This document shows, piece by piece, positions 11,373 to 21,145 of a stretch of 64,000 bases of DNA (the first letter of the stretch is position 1; each line of letters begins with the position of its first letter). The stretch is from an uncultured Actinomycetes bacterium (lineage in GTDB: Bacteria > Actinomycetota > UBA4738 > HRBIN12), in assembly GCA_963831325.1 (NCBI GenBank), contig CAWHQA010000004.1, forward strand, positions 20,029-84,028, read 5' to 3'. The notes under the pieces were generated by a model, which did not search any database, was not told the DNA's origin, and saw only the letters and a program-made list of their open reading frames with translations. Position numbers and translations under genes: made by a program.

Positions 11373-11660
11373 TCACGCCTCCGGGGTGGCAGGCGCTGCC
11401 CTCGACGAGGGCTCCTCAGGCGAAGTTACCTCGAAGTCGTCGTCGAGGGCGTAGGCCCCGGAGCTCACTGCCTCGACCACCTCGAGCGCGGCAGCTTCGT
11501 CCTCGGCGGGCACCCAGACGTAGACCGAGCCGGCCCGATAGGGTCCCTCACCCTCTCCCTTCACCATGGCGATGATGCCCTCGGCCTCGAGGCGTCCCCG
11601 CATCATCTCGCCGGCGACGGGATCGGGGCTCGCGAAGACGCGAGCGAGTCGATCGTCCAT
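11373..11660 (-). CDS. DUF2007-like (putative signal-transducing) small protein
   Basis: A.VF...DPVAGEMMRGRLEAEGI....G...Y....VYVWVPAEDEAAA.E pattern; start 11660 or 11669. Confidence 0.7.
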   Translation of the reverse strand: MDDRLARVFASPDPVAGEMMRGRLEAEGIIAMVKGEGEGPYRAGSVYVWVPAEDEAAALEVVEAVSSGAYALDDDFEVTSPEEPSSRAAPATPEA

Positions 11661-11727
11661 GTCGACCATACTCGCATGAACCGCCCGGACGTGGTCTCCG
11701 AACGAGCGGGTCGTTGGTGGCGATTCT

Positions 11728-11785
11728 CATTGACGTTCGTCGATGCCTCTGTCAGAGTTGGTTCATGCATCGACGAACATCGATG
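11728..11785 (+). promoter_or_regulatory. ars promoter with two ArsR operator palindromes
   Basis: CATTGAC-GTTC-GTCGATG (11728-11745, overlaps -35 TTGACG) and CATCGAC-GAAC-ATCGATG (11768-11785); possible -10 CAGAGT at 11753. Confidence 0.7.
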
Positions 11786-11808
11786 GATCGCAGCGGCCGG
11801 ATCGACCC

Positions 11809-12183
11809 ATGACCGTGAGGCCGATCGCGCTGATCGAGGCCGCCGCGCAGTGTTGCGTGCCGATCGCCGCCGATGACATGACGACCAGCGAGGCCGCCAC
11901 GACAGCAGCTCTGTTCAAAGCATTGGGCGACCCGCATCGGGTGCGCATCGTGAACCTGCTCGCGACGGTGCGCCAGGCCGTGTGCGTGTGCGACCTCACC
12001 GAGTTCCTCGGCCTGTCGCAGCCCACCGTGAGCCACCACATGCGGAAGCTGGTCGATGCGGGGCTACTCACGAGGGAACAGCGCGGGGTCTGGGCCTACT
12101 ACTCCCTGCGCGGCGACGCGATCCGACGGCTGGGAGAGGTGCTGCGCTTCGGTCCGCAACGAGCAGAGGAAGGGGCACGATGA
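11809..12183 (+). CDS. arsR: ArsR/SmtB metalloregulator
   Basis: N-terminal CC, FKALGDP.R, CVCDL, LSQPTVSHH, RG.WAYY. Confidence 0.93.
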   Translation: MTVRPIALIEAAAQCCVPIAADDMTTSEAATTAALFKALGDPHRVRIVNLLATVRQAVCVCDLTEFLGLSQPTVSHHMRKLVDAGLLTREQRGVWAYYSLRGDAIRRLGEVLRFGPQRAEEGAR

Positions 12184-12941
12184 ACGAGCTACGGGATGAG
12201 GTTCGTGATCGCTACGCGGCGGCGGCGAAGGTCGTCGGCACCGGACGGGCGGCCGACGACAACGGGGCCGACATCACCAGCTGCTGCGAAGGGTGCGCGC
12301 CCGACGATGGGAACGGTACGACGCTCTACGATCCCTCGACCCGGGCCGACCTTCCTGAAGGAGCCGTGCTCGCGAGCATGGGCTGCGGCAACCCGACGGC
12401 CGTCGCCGAGCTCCACGAAGGTGAGACGGTGCTCGACCTCGGCTCGGGAGGCGGCATCGACGTGCTGCTGTCGGCGAAGCGAGTGGGCGCGGCGGGCAGG
12501 GCGTTCGGTGTGGACATGACCGACGAGATGCTCGAGCTGGCTCGCGCGAACGCTGGGAAGGCCGGTGCCGAGAACGTCGAGTTCCTGCGGGGGTTCATCG
12601 AGGAGATCCCCTTGCCCGATGGCAGCGTCGACGTGGTGATCTCCAACTGCGTGATCAACCTGTCGACGGACAAGCCGAAAGTGATCGACGAGATGTTCCG
12701 GGTGCTGAGACCGGGCGGCAGGCTCGGCGTCAGTGACGTCGTCGCCGATGATGAGCTCACGCCTGCCGATCGGGGAGAGCGAGGTTCATACGTGGGCTGC
12801 ATCGCGGGCGCCCTGTCGTTCGCCGAGTACCGATCCGAGCTCGAGCGAGCCGGCTTCAGCGACATCGAGGTCACGTCCACGAACGAGATAACGAACGGCA
12901 TGCACAGCGCGATCGTGCGAGGTGTGAAGCCCTCGCGGTGA
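12180..12941 (+). CDS. arsM: Arsenite S-adenosylmethionine methyltransferase
   Basis: SCC, MGCGNP, VLDLGSGGGID, ISNCVINL, GCIAGA (conserved Cys set). Confidence 0.92.
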   Translation: MNELRDEVRDRYAAAAKVVGTGRAADDNGADITSCCEGCAPDDGNGTTLYDPSTRADLPEGAVLASMGCGNPTAVAELHEGETVLDLGSGGGIDVLLSAKRVGAAGRAFGVDMTDEMLELARANAGKAGAENVEFLRGFIEEIPLPDGSVDVVISNCVINLSTDKPKVIDEMFRVLRPGGRLGVSDVVADDELTPADRGERGSYVGCIAGALSFAEYRSELERAGFSDIEVTSTNEITNGMHSAIVRGVKPSR

Positions 12942-12960
12942 CCTTCGTCGGAGGGACCCG

Positions 12961-13362
12961 ATGAGCGAGACGCCGGAGGTGCTCTTCGTCTGCGTGCACA
13001 ATGCCGGTCGGAGCCAGATGGCGGCCGGGCTCCTCGCGCACCACGCAGATGGAAGGGTCGTGGTGCGCTCGGCGGGCAGCACGCCCGCCGATGAGATCGA
13101 TCCAGCCGTGGTCGAGGTCATGAGCGAGCTCGGCATCGACATCACCGCTGCCTTCCCGAAGCCGATCACCGACGATCTCGTGCGAGCATCCGATGTGGTG
13201 GTCACGATGGGATGTGGCGACGCATGCCCGATCTACCCCGGGAAGCGCTACGAGGATTGGGACCTCGAGGATCCTGCGGGCAAGGACGTGGAGGCCGTCC
13301 GTTCGATCAGAGACGAGATCGAGCGTCGCGTTCGATCACTGTTGCCCGAGCTCGTGCCCTGA
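12961..13362 (+). CDS. arsC: Arsenate reductase (LMW-PTP family)
   Basis: VLFVCVHNAGRSQMA, MGCGDACP, DW.LEDP. Confidence 0.93.
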   Translation: MSETPEVLFVCVHNAGRSQMAAGLLAHHADGRVVVRSAGSTPADEIDPAVVEVMSELGIDITAAFPKPITDDLVRASDVVVTMGCGDACPIYPGKRYEDWDLEDPAGKDVEAVRSIRDEIERRVRSLLPELVP

Positions 13363-13408
13363 ACAGGAGGGAGTGCGCAGGCACTCGTCGCTGGGGTAGC
13401 CTCGCGCC

Positions 13409-14737
13409 GTGACGCAGCGGCTGTTCGGCACCGATGGCGTACGAGGTCTGGCGGGCACCGAGCTCACCGAAGACCTGGCGTACCGCCTTGGCCGCGCCGG
13501 TGTGCTCGTGCTCGGGCGCAGGGGGCAGGGCCATCCCTCGTTCGTCGTCGGGCGCGATCCGCGCACGTCGGGCGAGTGGCTCGAAGACGCACTCGTCGAA
13601 GGGATCAGGGAAGCGGGCGGCGATGCCATCATGGCCGGCGTCGAGCCGACGCCGGCGATCGCGTTCCTCGTGACCGACCTTCAAGCCTCGAGCGGTGTGG
13701 TCATCTCTGCCTCCCACAACCCGCCCGAGTACAACGGCATCAAGTTCTTCGATCCATCCGGCACGAAGCTTTCCGACGAGATCGAGGATGAGATCGAGGC
13801 GGCGCTCGACGAGATCAGCCCGGCGCCCGCCCGGTCCGGAGACACCCTGCCGATCGGCGATGGGCGAGCGCGGTACCTCGCGCATCTGATCCAAGGGGCA
13901 TACGCGAGGCTCGACGGCATGTACGTCGTCATCGACTGCGCTAACGGTGCCGGATCGGAGCTCGCGCCCTCACTGCTGCGGCAGCTCGGCGCCAACGTCC
14001 ATGCGATCCACGCCGATCCCGACGGCAAGAACATCAACGACGGCTGCGGTGCGCTCTATCCCGAGGTCGTCGCGAACGAGGTCGTGCGACTCGGGGCCGA
14101 CGCCGGCGTCTCGCTCGACGGCGATGCCGATCGCGCCCTGTTCTCAGACTCCGACGGCGCGATCGTCGACGGCGACCAGGTGTTGGCCGCCTGCGCGCTC
14201 GCCCTCCGCGAACGTGACGCGCTCACCGCGAACACTGTGGTGACCACTGTGATGGCGAACCTCGGCTTCCACCATGCGATGCGCGAGGCCGCCATCGACG
14301 TCGTCTCGTCGAGGGTCGGCGATCGGTACGTCGTGGAGGACATGCGGCGCACCGGTGCGGTCATCGGCGGCGAGCAGTCGGGACACGTGATCTTCCGCGA
14401 CCTGGCGGCCACGGGCGACGGAACGCTGACGGCGATCCGCTTCCTATCGATCGCTGCCGCCTCAGGCCGAACGGTCCGCGATCTGGCGTCGGTCATGCAC
14501 CGGTATCCCCAGCGCATGATCAACGTCGACGTCGCCGATCGTTCGATCGCCGAGACCGGTGTCGTGCGCAACGCGGTCGCCGAGGCGGAAGCCGCGCTCG
14601 GCCTCGAGGGACGGGTGCTGGTGAGGCCCTCCGGCACCGAACCGCTCGTGCGCGTCATGGTGGAAGCCGGCTCCGAGGACCTTGCGAGCGAGCACGCCGA
14701 GCGCATCGCGGACGTCGTGCGAGCCGCCGCAAGCTGA
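13409..14737 (+). CDS. glmM: Phosphoglucosamine mutase
   Basis: LFGTDGVRG, ISASHNP, DGDADR, GGEQSGH, RPSGTEP. Confidence 0.97.
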   Translation: MTQRLFGTDGVRGLAGTELTEDLAYRLGRAGVLVLGRRGQGHPSFVVGRDPRTSGEWLEDALVEGIREAGGDAIMAGVEPTPAIAFLVTDLQASSGVVISASHNPPEYNGIKFFDPSGTKLSDEIEDEIEAALDEISPAPARSGDTLPIGDGRARYLAHLIQGAYARLDGMYVVIDCANGAGSELAPSLLRQLGANVHAIHADPDGKNINDGCGALYPEVVANEVVRLGADAGVSLDGDADRALFSDSDGAIVDGDQVLAACALALRERDALTANTVVTTVMANLGFHHAMREAAIDVVSSRVGDRYVVEDMRRTGAVIGGEQSGHVIFRDLAATGDGTLTAIRFLSIAAASGRTVRDLASVMHRYPQRMINVDVADRSIAETGVVRNAVAEAEAALGLEGRVLVRPSGTEPLVRVMVEAGSEDLASEHAERIADVVRAAAS

Positions 14738-14799
14738 AGCTGCTGCGGCGGCGCTCGGGACGCCGCTCGCTGGCCGAGAGCCCCTGTAAGGTGAGTCGG

Positions 14800-16629
14800 A
14801 TGTGCGGCATCGTGGGGTACGTGGGGCCCGACGAGGCCCTTCCGATCATCGTCGGGGGCCTCCGGCGGCTCGAATACCGTGGGTATGACTCGGCGGGCGT
14901 CGCCGTGCTCGATGGTGACCTTCGCGTCGTCAAGCGCGCGGGCAAGCTCGTCGAGCTCGAGGCGGCGCTGGGTGCCGAGGCCCCGCCGACCGGGTCGGTC
15001 GGCATGGGGCACACTCGGTGGGCGACGCACGGGGCGCCCACCGACCGCAACGCCCACCCGCACCTCGATTGCACCGGTCGGGTGGCCGTGATCCACAACG
15101 GCATCGTCGAGAACTTCCAGTCTTTGCGCGCTCGGCTCGAGAAGGAAGGGCACGCCCTCGTCTCCGAGACCGACACGGAGTGCGTCGCGCACCTGATCGA
15201 AGAGAAGCTCCGCTCCGGACGCTCATTGACCGAGGGCGTGCGAGACGCGGTACGCGAGCTCGAGGGCGCCTACTCACTCGTCGTCTGCTCGCTGCAGGAT
15301 CCCGAGGTGCTGGTCGGCGTGAAAGTGTCGTCGCCGCTGATCGTGGGGGTCGGCGACGGCGAGACGCTGCTCGCCTCAGACATCCCGGCCGTGCTCGACC
15401 GCACGACCACCGTGATCCCACTCGACGAGGGCATGGTGGTCGAGGTTCGGAGAGGGAGCGCGACCTTCACCGACCTCGAGGGTGTGCCGCTCGACCCGGA
15501 GCCGATCACGGTCGACTGGGATGTCTCGCGCGCTCGGAAGGGAGGCTACGACACGTTCATGCGCAAGGAGATCGACGAGCAGCCGGCCGCGATCCGCGAC
15601 ACGCTCGTCGGCCGAACCGTCGGAGGGCGGCTGGCGCTCGACGAGCTCCATGTGAGCGACGACGTGCTGCGCGAGGTGAGCAAGGTGTTCGTGGTCGCAT
15701 GCGGCACCGCCTTCCATTCGGGGCTCGTCGCGAAGTACGCGATCGAGCACTGGACCCGCTTGCCGGTCGAGATCGAGATCGCGAGCGAGTTCCGCTACCG
15801 CGATCCGGTGCTCGGGCCGGACACGCTCACCCTCGCCGTCTCGCAATCCGGCGAGACGATCGACACCCTGGAAGCCGCACGCCACGCCCGACGTCAGGGC
15901 TCGCAGGTGATCGCCGTGACGAACACCGTCGGATCGTCGCTCGCGCGTGAAGCCGATGGCGTGCTCTACACACACGCCGGGCCGGAGATCGGGGTCGCCG
16001 CGACCAAGACGTTCGCGACCCAGATGGTCTCGCAGTATCTGGTGGCGCTCTACCTGGCGCAGGTGCGCGGCTCGAAGTTCCCGGAGGAGATCGCCGAGGT
16101 GCTCGCCGAGCTCGACGAGCTGCCGGCCAAAGTGCAGCGCGCCATCGGTCTCGACGAAGAGGTGCTCGAGCTCGCGGAGCGCTACCGCGACGCCCGAGAC
16201 GTGCTGTTCATCGGCCGGCACACGGGCTACCCGGCCGCACTCGAGGGCGCCCTCAAGCTCAAGGAGCTCAGCTACGTGCATGCAGAGGGCCACCCTGCGG
16301 GCGAGCTGAAGCACGGCCCTATCGCCCTGATCGAGGAAGGTGTGCCGGTGGTGGCGGTCGCCACGCAGTGCCACGTCTACCCGAAGATGCTCTCGAACAT
16401 CCAGGAAGTGCGCGCCCGCGGCGCCCGAGTGATCGCGGTCGCCACCGAGGGCGACACCGAGATCGGCGCTCTCGTCGACCACGTGCTCGAGGTGCCGGCG
16501 ACACCCGAGCTCATGTCGCCCGTCGTCGTCACCGTTCCCATGCAGCTGCTCGCGTACCACGTGGCCACGCTGCGCGGCTGCGACGTCGACCAGCCTCGCA
16601 ACCTCGCGAAGAGCGTCACGGTCGAGTAG
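14800..16629 (+). CDS. glmS: Glutamine-fructose-6-phosphate transaminase
   Basis: MCGIVG, LEYRGYDSAG, GHTRWATHG, SQSGET, PRNLAKSVTVE. Confidence 0.98.
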   Translation: MCGIVGYVGPDEALPIIVGGLRRLEYRGYDSAGVAVLDGDLRVVKRAGKLVELEAALGAEAPPTGSVGMGHTRWATHGAPTDRNAHPHLDCTGRVAVIHNGIVENFQSLRARLEKEGHALVSETDTECVAHLIEEKLRSGRSLTEGVRDAVRELEGAYSLVVCSLQDPEVLVGVKVSSPLIVGVGDGETLLASDIPAVLDRTTTVIPLDEGMVVEVRRGSATFTDLEGVPLDPEPITVDWDVSRARKGGYDTFMRKEIDEQPAAIRDTLVGRTVGGRLALDELHVSDDVLREVSKVFVVACGTAFHSGLVAKYAIEHWTRLPVEIEIASEFRYRDPVLGPDTLTLAVSQSGETIDTLEAARHARRQGSQVIAVTNTVGSSLAREADGVLYTHAGPEIGVAATKTFATQMVSQYLVALYLAQVRGSKFPEEIAEVLAELDELPAKVQRAIGLDEEVLELAERYRDARDVLFIGRHTGYPAALEGALKLKELSYVHAEGHPAGELKHGPIALIEEGVPVVAVATQCHVYPKMLSNIQEVRARGARVIAVATEGDTEIGALVDHVLEVPATPELMSPVVVTVPMQLLAYHVATLRGCDVDQPRNLAKSVTVE

Positions 16630-16638
16630 CGTCGCGGC

Positions 16639-18004
16639 ATGCACCTGGTGATGCCTCGTCACCGTCACGCCGCCAGGTTCGCCGTCGCGCTCGTCGTGGC
16701 GCTGTCCGTGTTCTCGTTCGCTGACGGCCCCGCACATGCGTGTTCGTGTGCGTCCGGCGACCCTCGCGATGCGTTGCACGACTCCGACGCGGCGTTCGTC
16801 GGAGCGTTGAAGTCGAGGGACGACAACGGCGATGGCAGGAGTGTCTACACCTTCTCGGTGAGGAGATCGATCAAGGGCGGGCTCGGCTCACCGGTGGAGG
16901 TGGAGTCGGCGACGGACGGGGCCACCTGTGGGTTCGAGGTCAGGGTGGGACGGCGCATCGGCATCTTGCTGCATCGCCAAGGTGATGGCGACTGGTCAGG
17001 AGGGCTCTGCACCCAGATCGATCCAGACGTGTTGATCGCGGCGGGGCGGCCCTTGCCGCGGCCGGACGGTGAGGGGCCGATCAGGCTCATCGTGGGCGGC
17101 AACTTCGGCGAGGCTCGCGTGCTCGCCCTCGACGGGTAGGTCGCACGCTCGGGTATGGATACGGCGACGGCGCCGTGCTTTCGGTCGCGATGTGCCCCGG
17201 CATGACCCGGTTCGTGGAGTCCCTCGCGCTCGGTCGCACCGGGTCTCTCGTCGTGCGCGACACCGCGACGCTCGAGGTGGTGCGCGAGGTGCCGCTGATC
17301 AACGGCAGGTTCCCGAGTATCTACGAGGTCGCGTGCTTGTCTGACGACGCCGAGCTGCTTGCAGCCATCGACGCGCGCAGAGGCGTGACAACCGTTCACG
17401 TCGTGCGAGGCTCCCGCGAACGTGTAGCGTTCAGCGGCGATCACACGCAGGCGTGGTTCCAGGGCGCACGTGCCTACGTCAGATCGGGCAGCGCCGTTGC
17501 ACGGCTCGGGCTGTGGGGCGGCTCGCTCGAGCCGGTCGCACAGGTCCCCACCGGGCTGGATTCGATCGCGGTCAGCTACGACGAACGTCACGTCGGCGGG
17601 GTGCTCTACGGAGGGTCGCGCCGAGGGGAACCGCCGAGTGAGGTGGTCGCGGTCCGTTCGGTCGACGGAGCGACTGATGTCTTCGCGCTCCGGGGGTGGA
17701 ACGACTCCGGCGACGTGCACTGGCTCGACGATCAACACCTCGTGTACCTTCCAGGTGGCGCCGATGACGATCGCGCTCACGTGTTCTCGCTTCCCGGGCT
17801 CGTGAGGGTCGGGGGTTTCCGAGGGTGGTACACCACACGTCTTCCATCGTGCACGGGTGTGCCCGTGGCGTGGGGTGGGGCACGCTGTTCAGCGCCTGCC
17901 TTCCTGACGGCCCTGTCCGAACGATGGATCTCCTCGGTCCAGAGACCTTCGCCGCGGTGTCGGTGTCGGGGCGGATCATGCCGGCGCCGTCACTCTCGCG
18001 CTGA
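16639..18004 (+). CDS. Secreted protein with N-terminal TIMP/NTR-like domain and C-terminal beta-rich region (two frameshifts, ~17138 and ~17838)
   Basis: Signal peptide ending AHA, then CSC; ORFs 16639-17139 and 17175-18065 join with a 1-nt shift; a better-coding frame ends at TGA 18004. Confidence 0.6.
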
Positions 18005-18074
18005 CCGCGGCATCGGGGTCGCCGGTCGCCCAGGGGGGCATGAATCGGGTCGCGCCTGGCTCTAAGCTTCCCGA

Positions 18075-18449
18075 GTGGAGATCGTCGGGCTCGGCGTCGA
18101 TATATGTGAGATCGCGCGCATGGAACAAGCGCTTGCTCGCCATCCGACGATGCGGGTGCGCGTCTTCACCTCCGATGAGATCGCGTACTGCGACTCGAAG
18201 GCGCGTCCCGCAGAGTCGTACGCAGGCCGTTTCGCTGCTCGCGAGGCAACCATCAAGGCGCTCGGCGGCTACCGAGGCAAGCGCTGGCATGACATCAGCG
18301 TCGGACGCGCCCCATCGGGGGCGCCGAGCATCGTCCTCGACGGTCTCGCCCGGCGCCGCGCCGATTCGCTCGGTGTCGAGCGCGTGCTCATCACCTTCAC
18401 GCACGAGAAGACGAATGCGGTCGCGTTCGCGGTCGCTGTGAGTTCATGA
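18075..18449 (+). CDS. acpS: Holo-ACP synthase
   Basis: GLGVDI, F T..E, AGRFAAREA.IKALG, G.P, ITFTHE. Confidence 0.93.
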   Translation: MEIVGLGVDICEIARMEQALARHPTMRVRVFTSDEIAYCDSKARPAESYAGRFAAREATIKALGGYRGKRWHDISVGRAPSGAPSIVLDGLARRRADSLGVERVLITFTHEKTNAVAFAVAVSS

Positions 18450-18479
18450 GCGCCGGCGCGAGGTCGATCGGGGGACTCG

Positions 18480-20030
18480 GTGAAGCCTGTCCTCACGCCA
18501 CAGGAAGCCGCCGAGCTCGATCGCGAGACTCAAGCGAGCGGCGTTCCTGCACTCGAGCTGATGGAACGCGCGGGCCGGGCCGTGGCTCGGGCGGCGGTCG
18601 AGGTCGCCGGTCGTACCTACGGGACCCGGGCGGTCGTCGTCTGCGGCTCCGGCAGCAATGGGGGCGACGGCTTGGTGGCTGCGCGGCACCTGACCCGATG
18701 GGGTGTGAAGGTTGAGGTGTGCTCCCTCGAGTCGCCGGGGGATCGTTCGGGCTCCGCGGCAGCGAACGGCGCCCGGCTGGGGGAGCAGGGGCTCACCGAC
18801 CGAGTCTGCTCACCCGCCAACCTCGCAGATGTCCTCGTCGATGCCGATGTCGCTGTCGATGCGATCTTCGGGACCGGCTTCCACGGCCGACCTGAAGCGG
18901 TCTGGGCAGACGCGATCGCCGAGCTCAACACCTCACCCGTGCCCGTGGTCGCTGTCGACGTGCCGTCGGGGATCGACGGTGCGACCGGCGAGGCTCGCGG
19001 CGAGGCGGTGTGGGCGGTGCTCACCCTTGCGTTCGGTGCGGCCAAGGTCGGAACGGTCCTCCTGCCCGGCGCCGAGCATGCCGGCACCGTCCGTGTCGTC
19101 GACATCGGCCTCAACGAACCGATGCGCTTCGGGGTCGGACTCACGGAGCCACAGGATGTCGCGGAGATGCTCCCCGTTCGAGAGCTCGGGGGACACAAGA
19201 GGAGCTCCGGCGTGTTGCTCGTCGTCGCGGGGTCCCGAGCGATGACGGGTGCTCCGGCGCTGATCGCACGAGCGGCTGGACGCGTCGGGGCTGGGCTCGT
19301 CGAGGTGGCGACGCCGCAGGGGATCGTCTCCACGGTCGGGTCGCAGGCGACCGAGGCGATCTTCCTGCCGGTGGCGGAGACCAGCGAAGGCACAGCCTCG
19401 TTCGACGCGCTCGATCAGCTGCTCGAGGCAGCCGAGCGAGCCGACGCCGTGGCGATAGGACCCGGACTCACACGCCACGACGAGACTGCGAAGCTCGTTC
19501 GCGCCCTGATCGACCGCTGCCCCGTGCCGGTCGTGCTCGATGCGGACGGTCTGAACGCGTTCGAGGGCGACGTGGAGCGTCTGGGAAGGCGAGCAGGCGA
19601 CGCCGTCCTCACGCCGCATGATGGCGAGTTCGCCCGCCTCATGCTCGCTTCGGTCGAAGAGATCGCGCCTGATCGCGTGGGCGCGGTACGAGCGCTCGCC
19701 TCGCGATCGGGCGCGACCACGCTGCTCAAGGGCACGAGGACCGTGATCGCGCCTCGCGAGGGCGTCGTCAGGGTCAATCCGACCGGGAGCGTAGCTCTGG
19801 CCACGGCGGGCACCGGCGACGTGCTCACCGGTGTGATCGGCGGACTACTCGCCCGCGGGCTCAGCACGGTTGATGCCGCGATCGCGGGCGCCTATGTGCA
19901 CGGGCTCGCTGGTGTGCTGGCGGGGCGCGCCCTGGGCGAGGGCGTCCTCGCACGCGATGTGGCCGAACGACTCCCAGAGGCCCTCGGGGCCGTCGCAGGC
20001 AAAGATCCGATGCGAGGAGCGCCTTCGTGA
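18480..20030 (+). CDS. nnr: Bifunctional NAD(P)H-hydrate epimerase/dehydratase
   Basis: LMERAG, GSGSNGGDG, DAIFGTG, AVDVPSG, DADGL, LTPHDGEF, TAGTGDVL. Confidence 0.95.
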   Translation: MKPVLTPQEAAELDRETQASGVPALELMERAGRAVARAAVEVAGRTYGTRAVVVCGSGSNGGDGLVAARHLTRWGVKVEVCSLESPGDRSGSAAANGARLGEQGLTDRVCSPANLADVLVDADVAVDAIFGTGFHGRPEAVWADAIAELNTSPVPVVAVDVPSGIDGATGEARGEAVWAVLTLAFGAAKVGTVLLPGAEHAGTVRVVDIGLNEPMRFGVGLTEPQDVAEMLPVRELGGHKRSSGVLLVVAGSRAMTGAPALIARAAGRVGAGLVEVATPQGIVSTVGSQATEAIFLPVAETSEGTASFDALDQLLEAAERADAVAIGPGLTRHDETAKLVRALIDRCPVPVVLDADGLNAFEGDVERLGRRAGDAVLTPHDGEFARLMLASVEEIAPDRVGAVRALASRSGATTLLKGTRTVIAPREGVVRVNPTGSVALATAGTGDVLTGVIGGLLARGLSTVDAAIAGAYVHGLAGVLAGRALGEGVLARDVAERLPEALGAVAGKDPMRGAPS

Positions 20031-21145
20031 CCCGCGTGCGGCCGACGTGGATCGACGTGGACCTCGACGCGGTCTCGCACAACGTTCGAGCGCTCTCGTT
20101 CGAGGGCAGCGAGGTGATGGCCGTCGTCAAGGCCGATGCCTACGGGCATGGCGATGTCGCCGTCGCGCGCGCAGCCATCGACGCGGGAGCGACCTGGCTC
20201 GGTGTCGCGCTGGTGGAGGAAGGACTCGGGCTCCGGTCCGCCGGCATCGCGGCACCGGTGCTGGTGCTGTCGGAGTGCCCGCCCGGTGCGGAGGTTGCCG
20301 CCGTCTCGGCGGGGCTGACGCTCACCCTGTGTTCCGACGTGGGTCTGTCTCGTCTCTCTGCGGTGGTGCCGACCATGCATGAGCCGATCGGCGTGCACGT
20401 CAAGATCGACACCGGCATGCACCGGGTCGGTGTCTGGCCGCCCGATGCGACGGCGCGGTTCGTCGAGCGCACGACCGCTGCGGGTCTCGTCCTCGATGGG
20501 CTGTGGACACACCTCGCATGTGCCGATAGCGACGAGGTGACCACGAAACGTCAGCTCGACCTGTTCTTCGAGACGGTCGAGCAGGTCCGGCGTGCGGGGA
20601 ACTCGCCGCGCCTGCTCCACGCGGCGAACACCGCGGGAGCGGTCGGCTTCCCCGTTGCGCGACTCGACCTGGTGCGCACGGGCATCGGCATCTACGGCGT
20701 CGCACCGGCGCCCGGGGTCGGCACTGAGCTCGGGTTGCGGTCCGCGCTCACCTGGCGCTCCGCGGTCGCCTTCGTGAAGCGGCTGACCGCTGGCACCCGT
20801 GTGTCGTACGGCCACCATGACGAGCTCGCCCGCGACGCGTGGGTGGCCACGGTGCCGGTGGGCTATGCCGACGGCTACCCTCGCATGCTGTCGTCGCGCG
20901 CCGATGTCTTGATCGGTGGCCGGCGATGCCGAGTGATCGGGAGCGTGACGATGGACCAAGTGATCGTCGACTGCGGAGATCTCGAGCCCGACCCGGGCGA
21001 CGAGGTGGTACTCATCGGTGCTCAGGGCTCAGAGAACGTCACGGCGTGGGAGCTGGCCGGTCACGCCGGCACCATCGCGTACGAGGTGCTTGCTCGCATC
21101 GGTACACGCGTGCCTCGCCGTCACCACCGCGAGGGCTCCCCATGA
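20027..21145 (+). CDS. alr: Alanine racemase
   Basis: AVVKADAYGHG (PLP Lys), KIDTGMHRVG, PVGYADG, IAYE. Confidence 0.97.
   Translation: MTRVRPTWIDVDLDAVSHNVRALSFEGSEVMAVVKADAYGHGDVAVARAAIDAGATWLGVALVEEGLGLRSAGIAAPVLVLSECPPGAEVAAVSAGLTLTLCSDVGLSRLSAVVPTMHEPIGVHVKIDTGMHRVGVWPPDATARFVERTTAAGLVLDGLWTHLACADSDEVTTKRQLDLFFETVEQVRRAGNSPRLLHAANTAGAVGFPVARLDLVRTGIGIYGVAPAPGVGTELGLRSALTWRSAVAFVKRLTAGTRVSYGHHDELARDAWVATVPVGYADGYPRMLSSRADVLIGGRRCRVIGSVTMDQVIVDCGDLEPDPGDEVVLIGAQGSENVTAWELAGHAGTIAYEVLARIGTRVPRRHHREGSP

Noticed and set aside
14738-14799. glmS ribozyme
   Set aside because: The gap is only about 60 nt and a -10 hexamer sits 7 nt before the ATG, leaving no leader.
17137-17139. Amber read-through (pyrrolysine) in the TIMP-like gene
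   Set aside because: The downstream coding region is in a different frame, so this is an indel rather than an in-frame stop.
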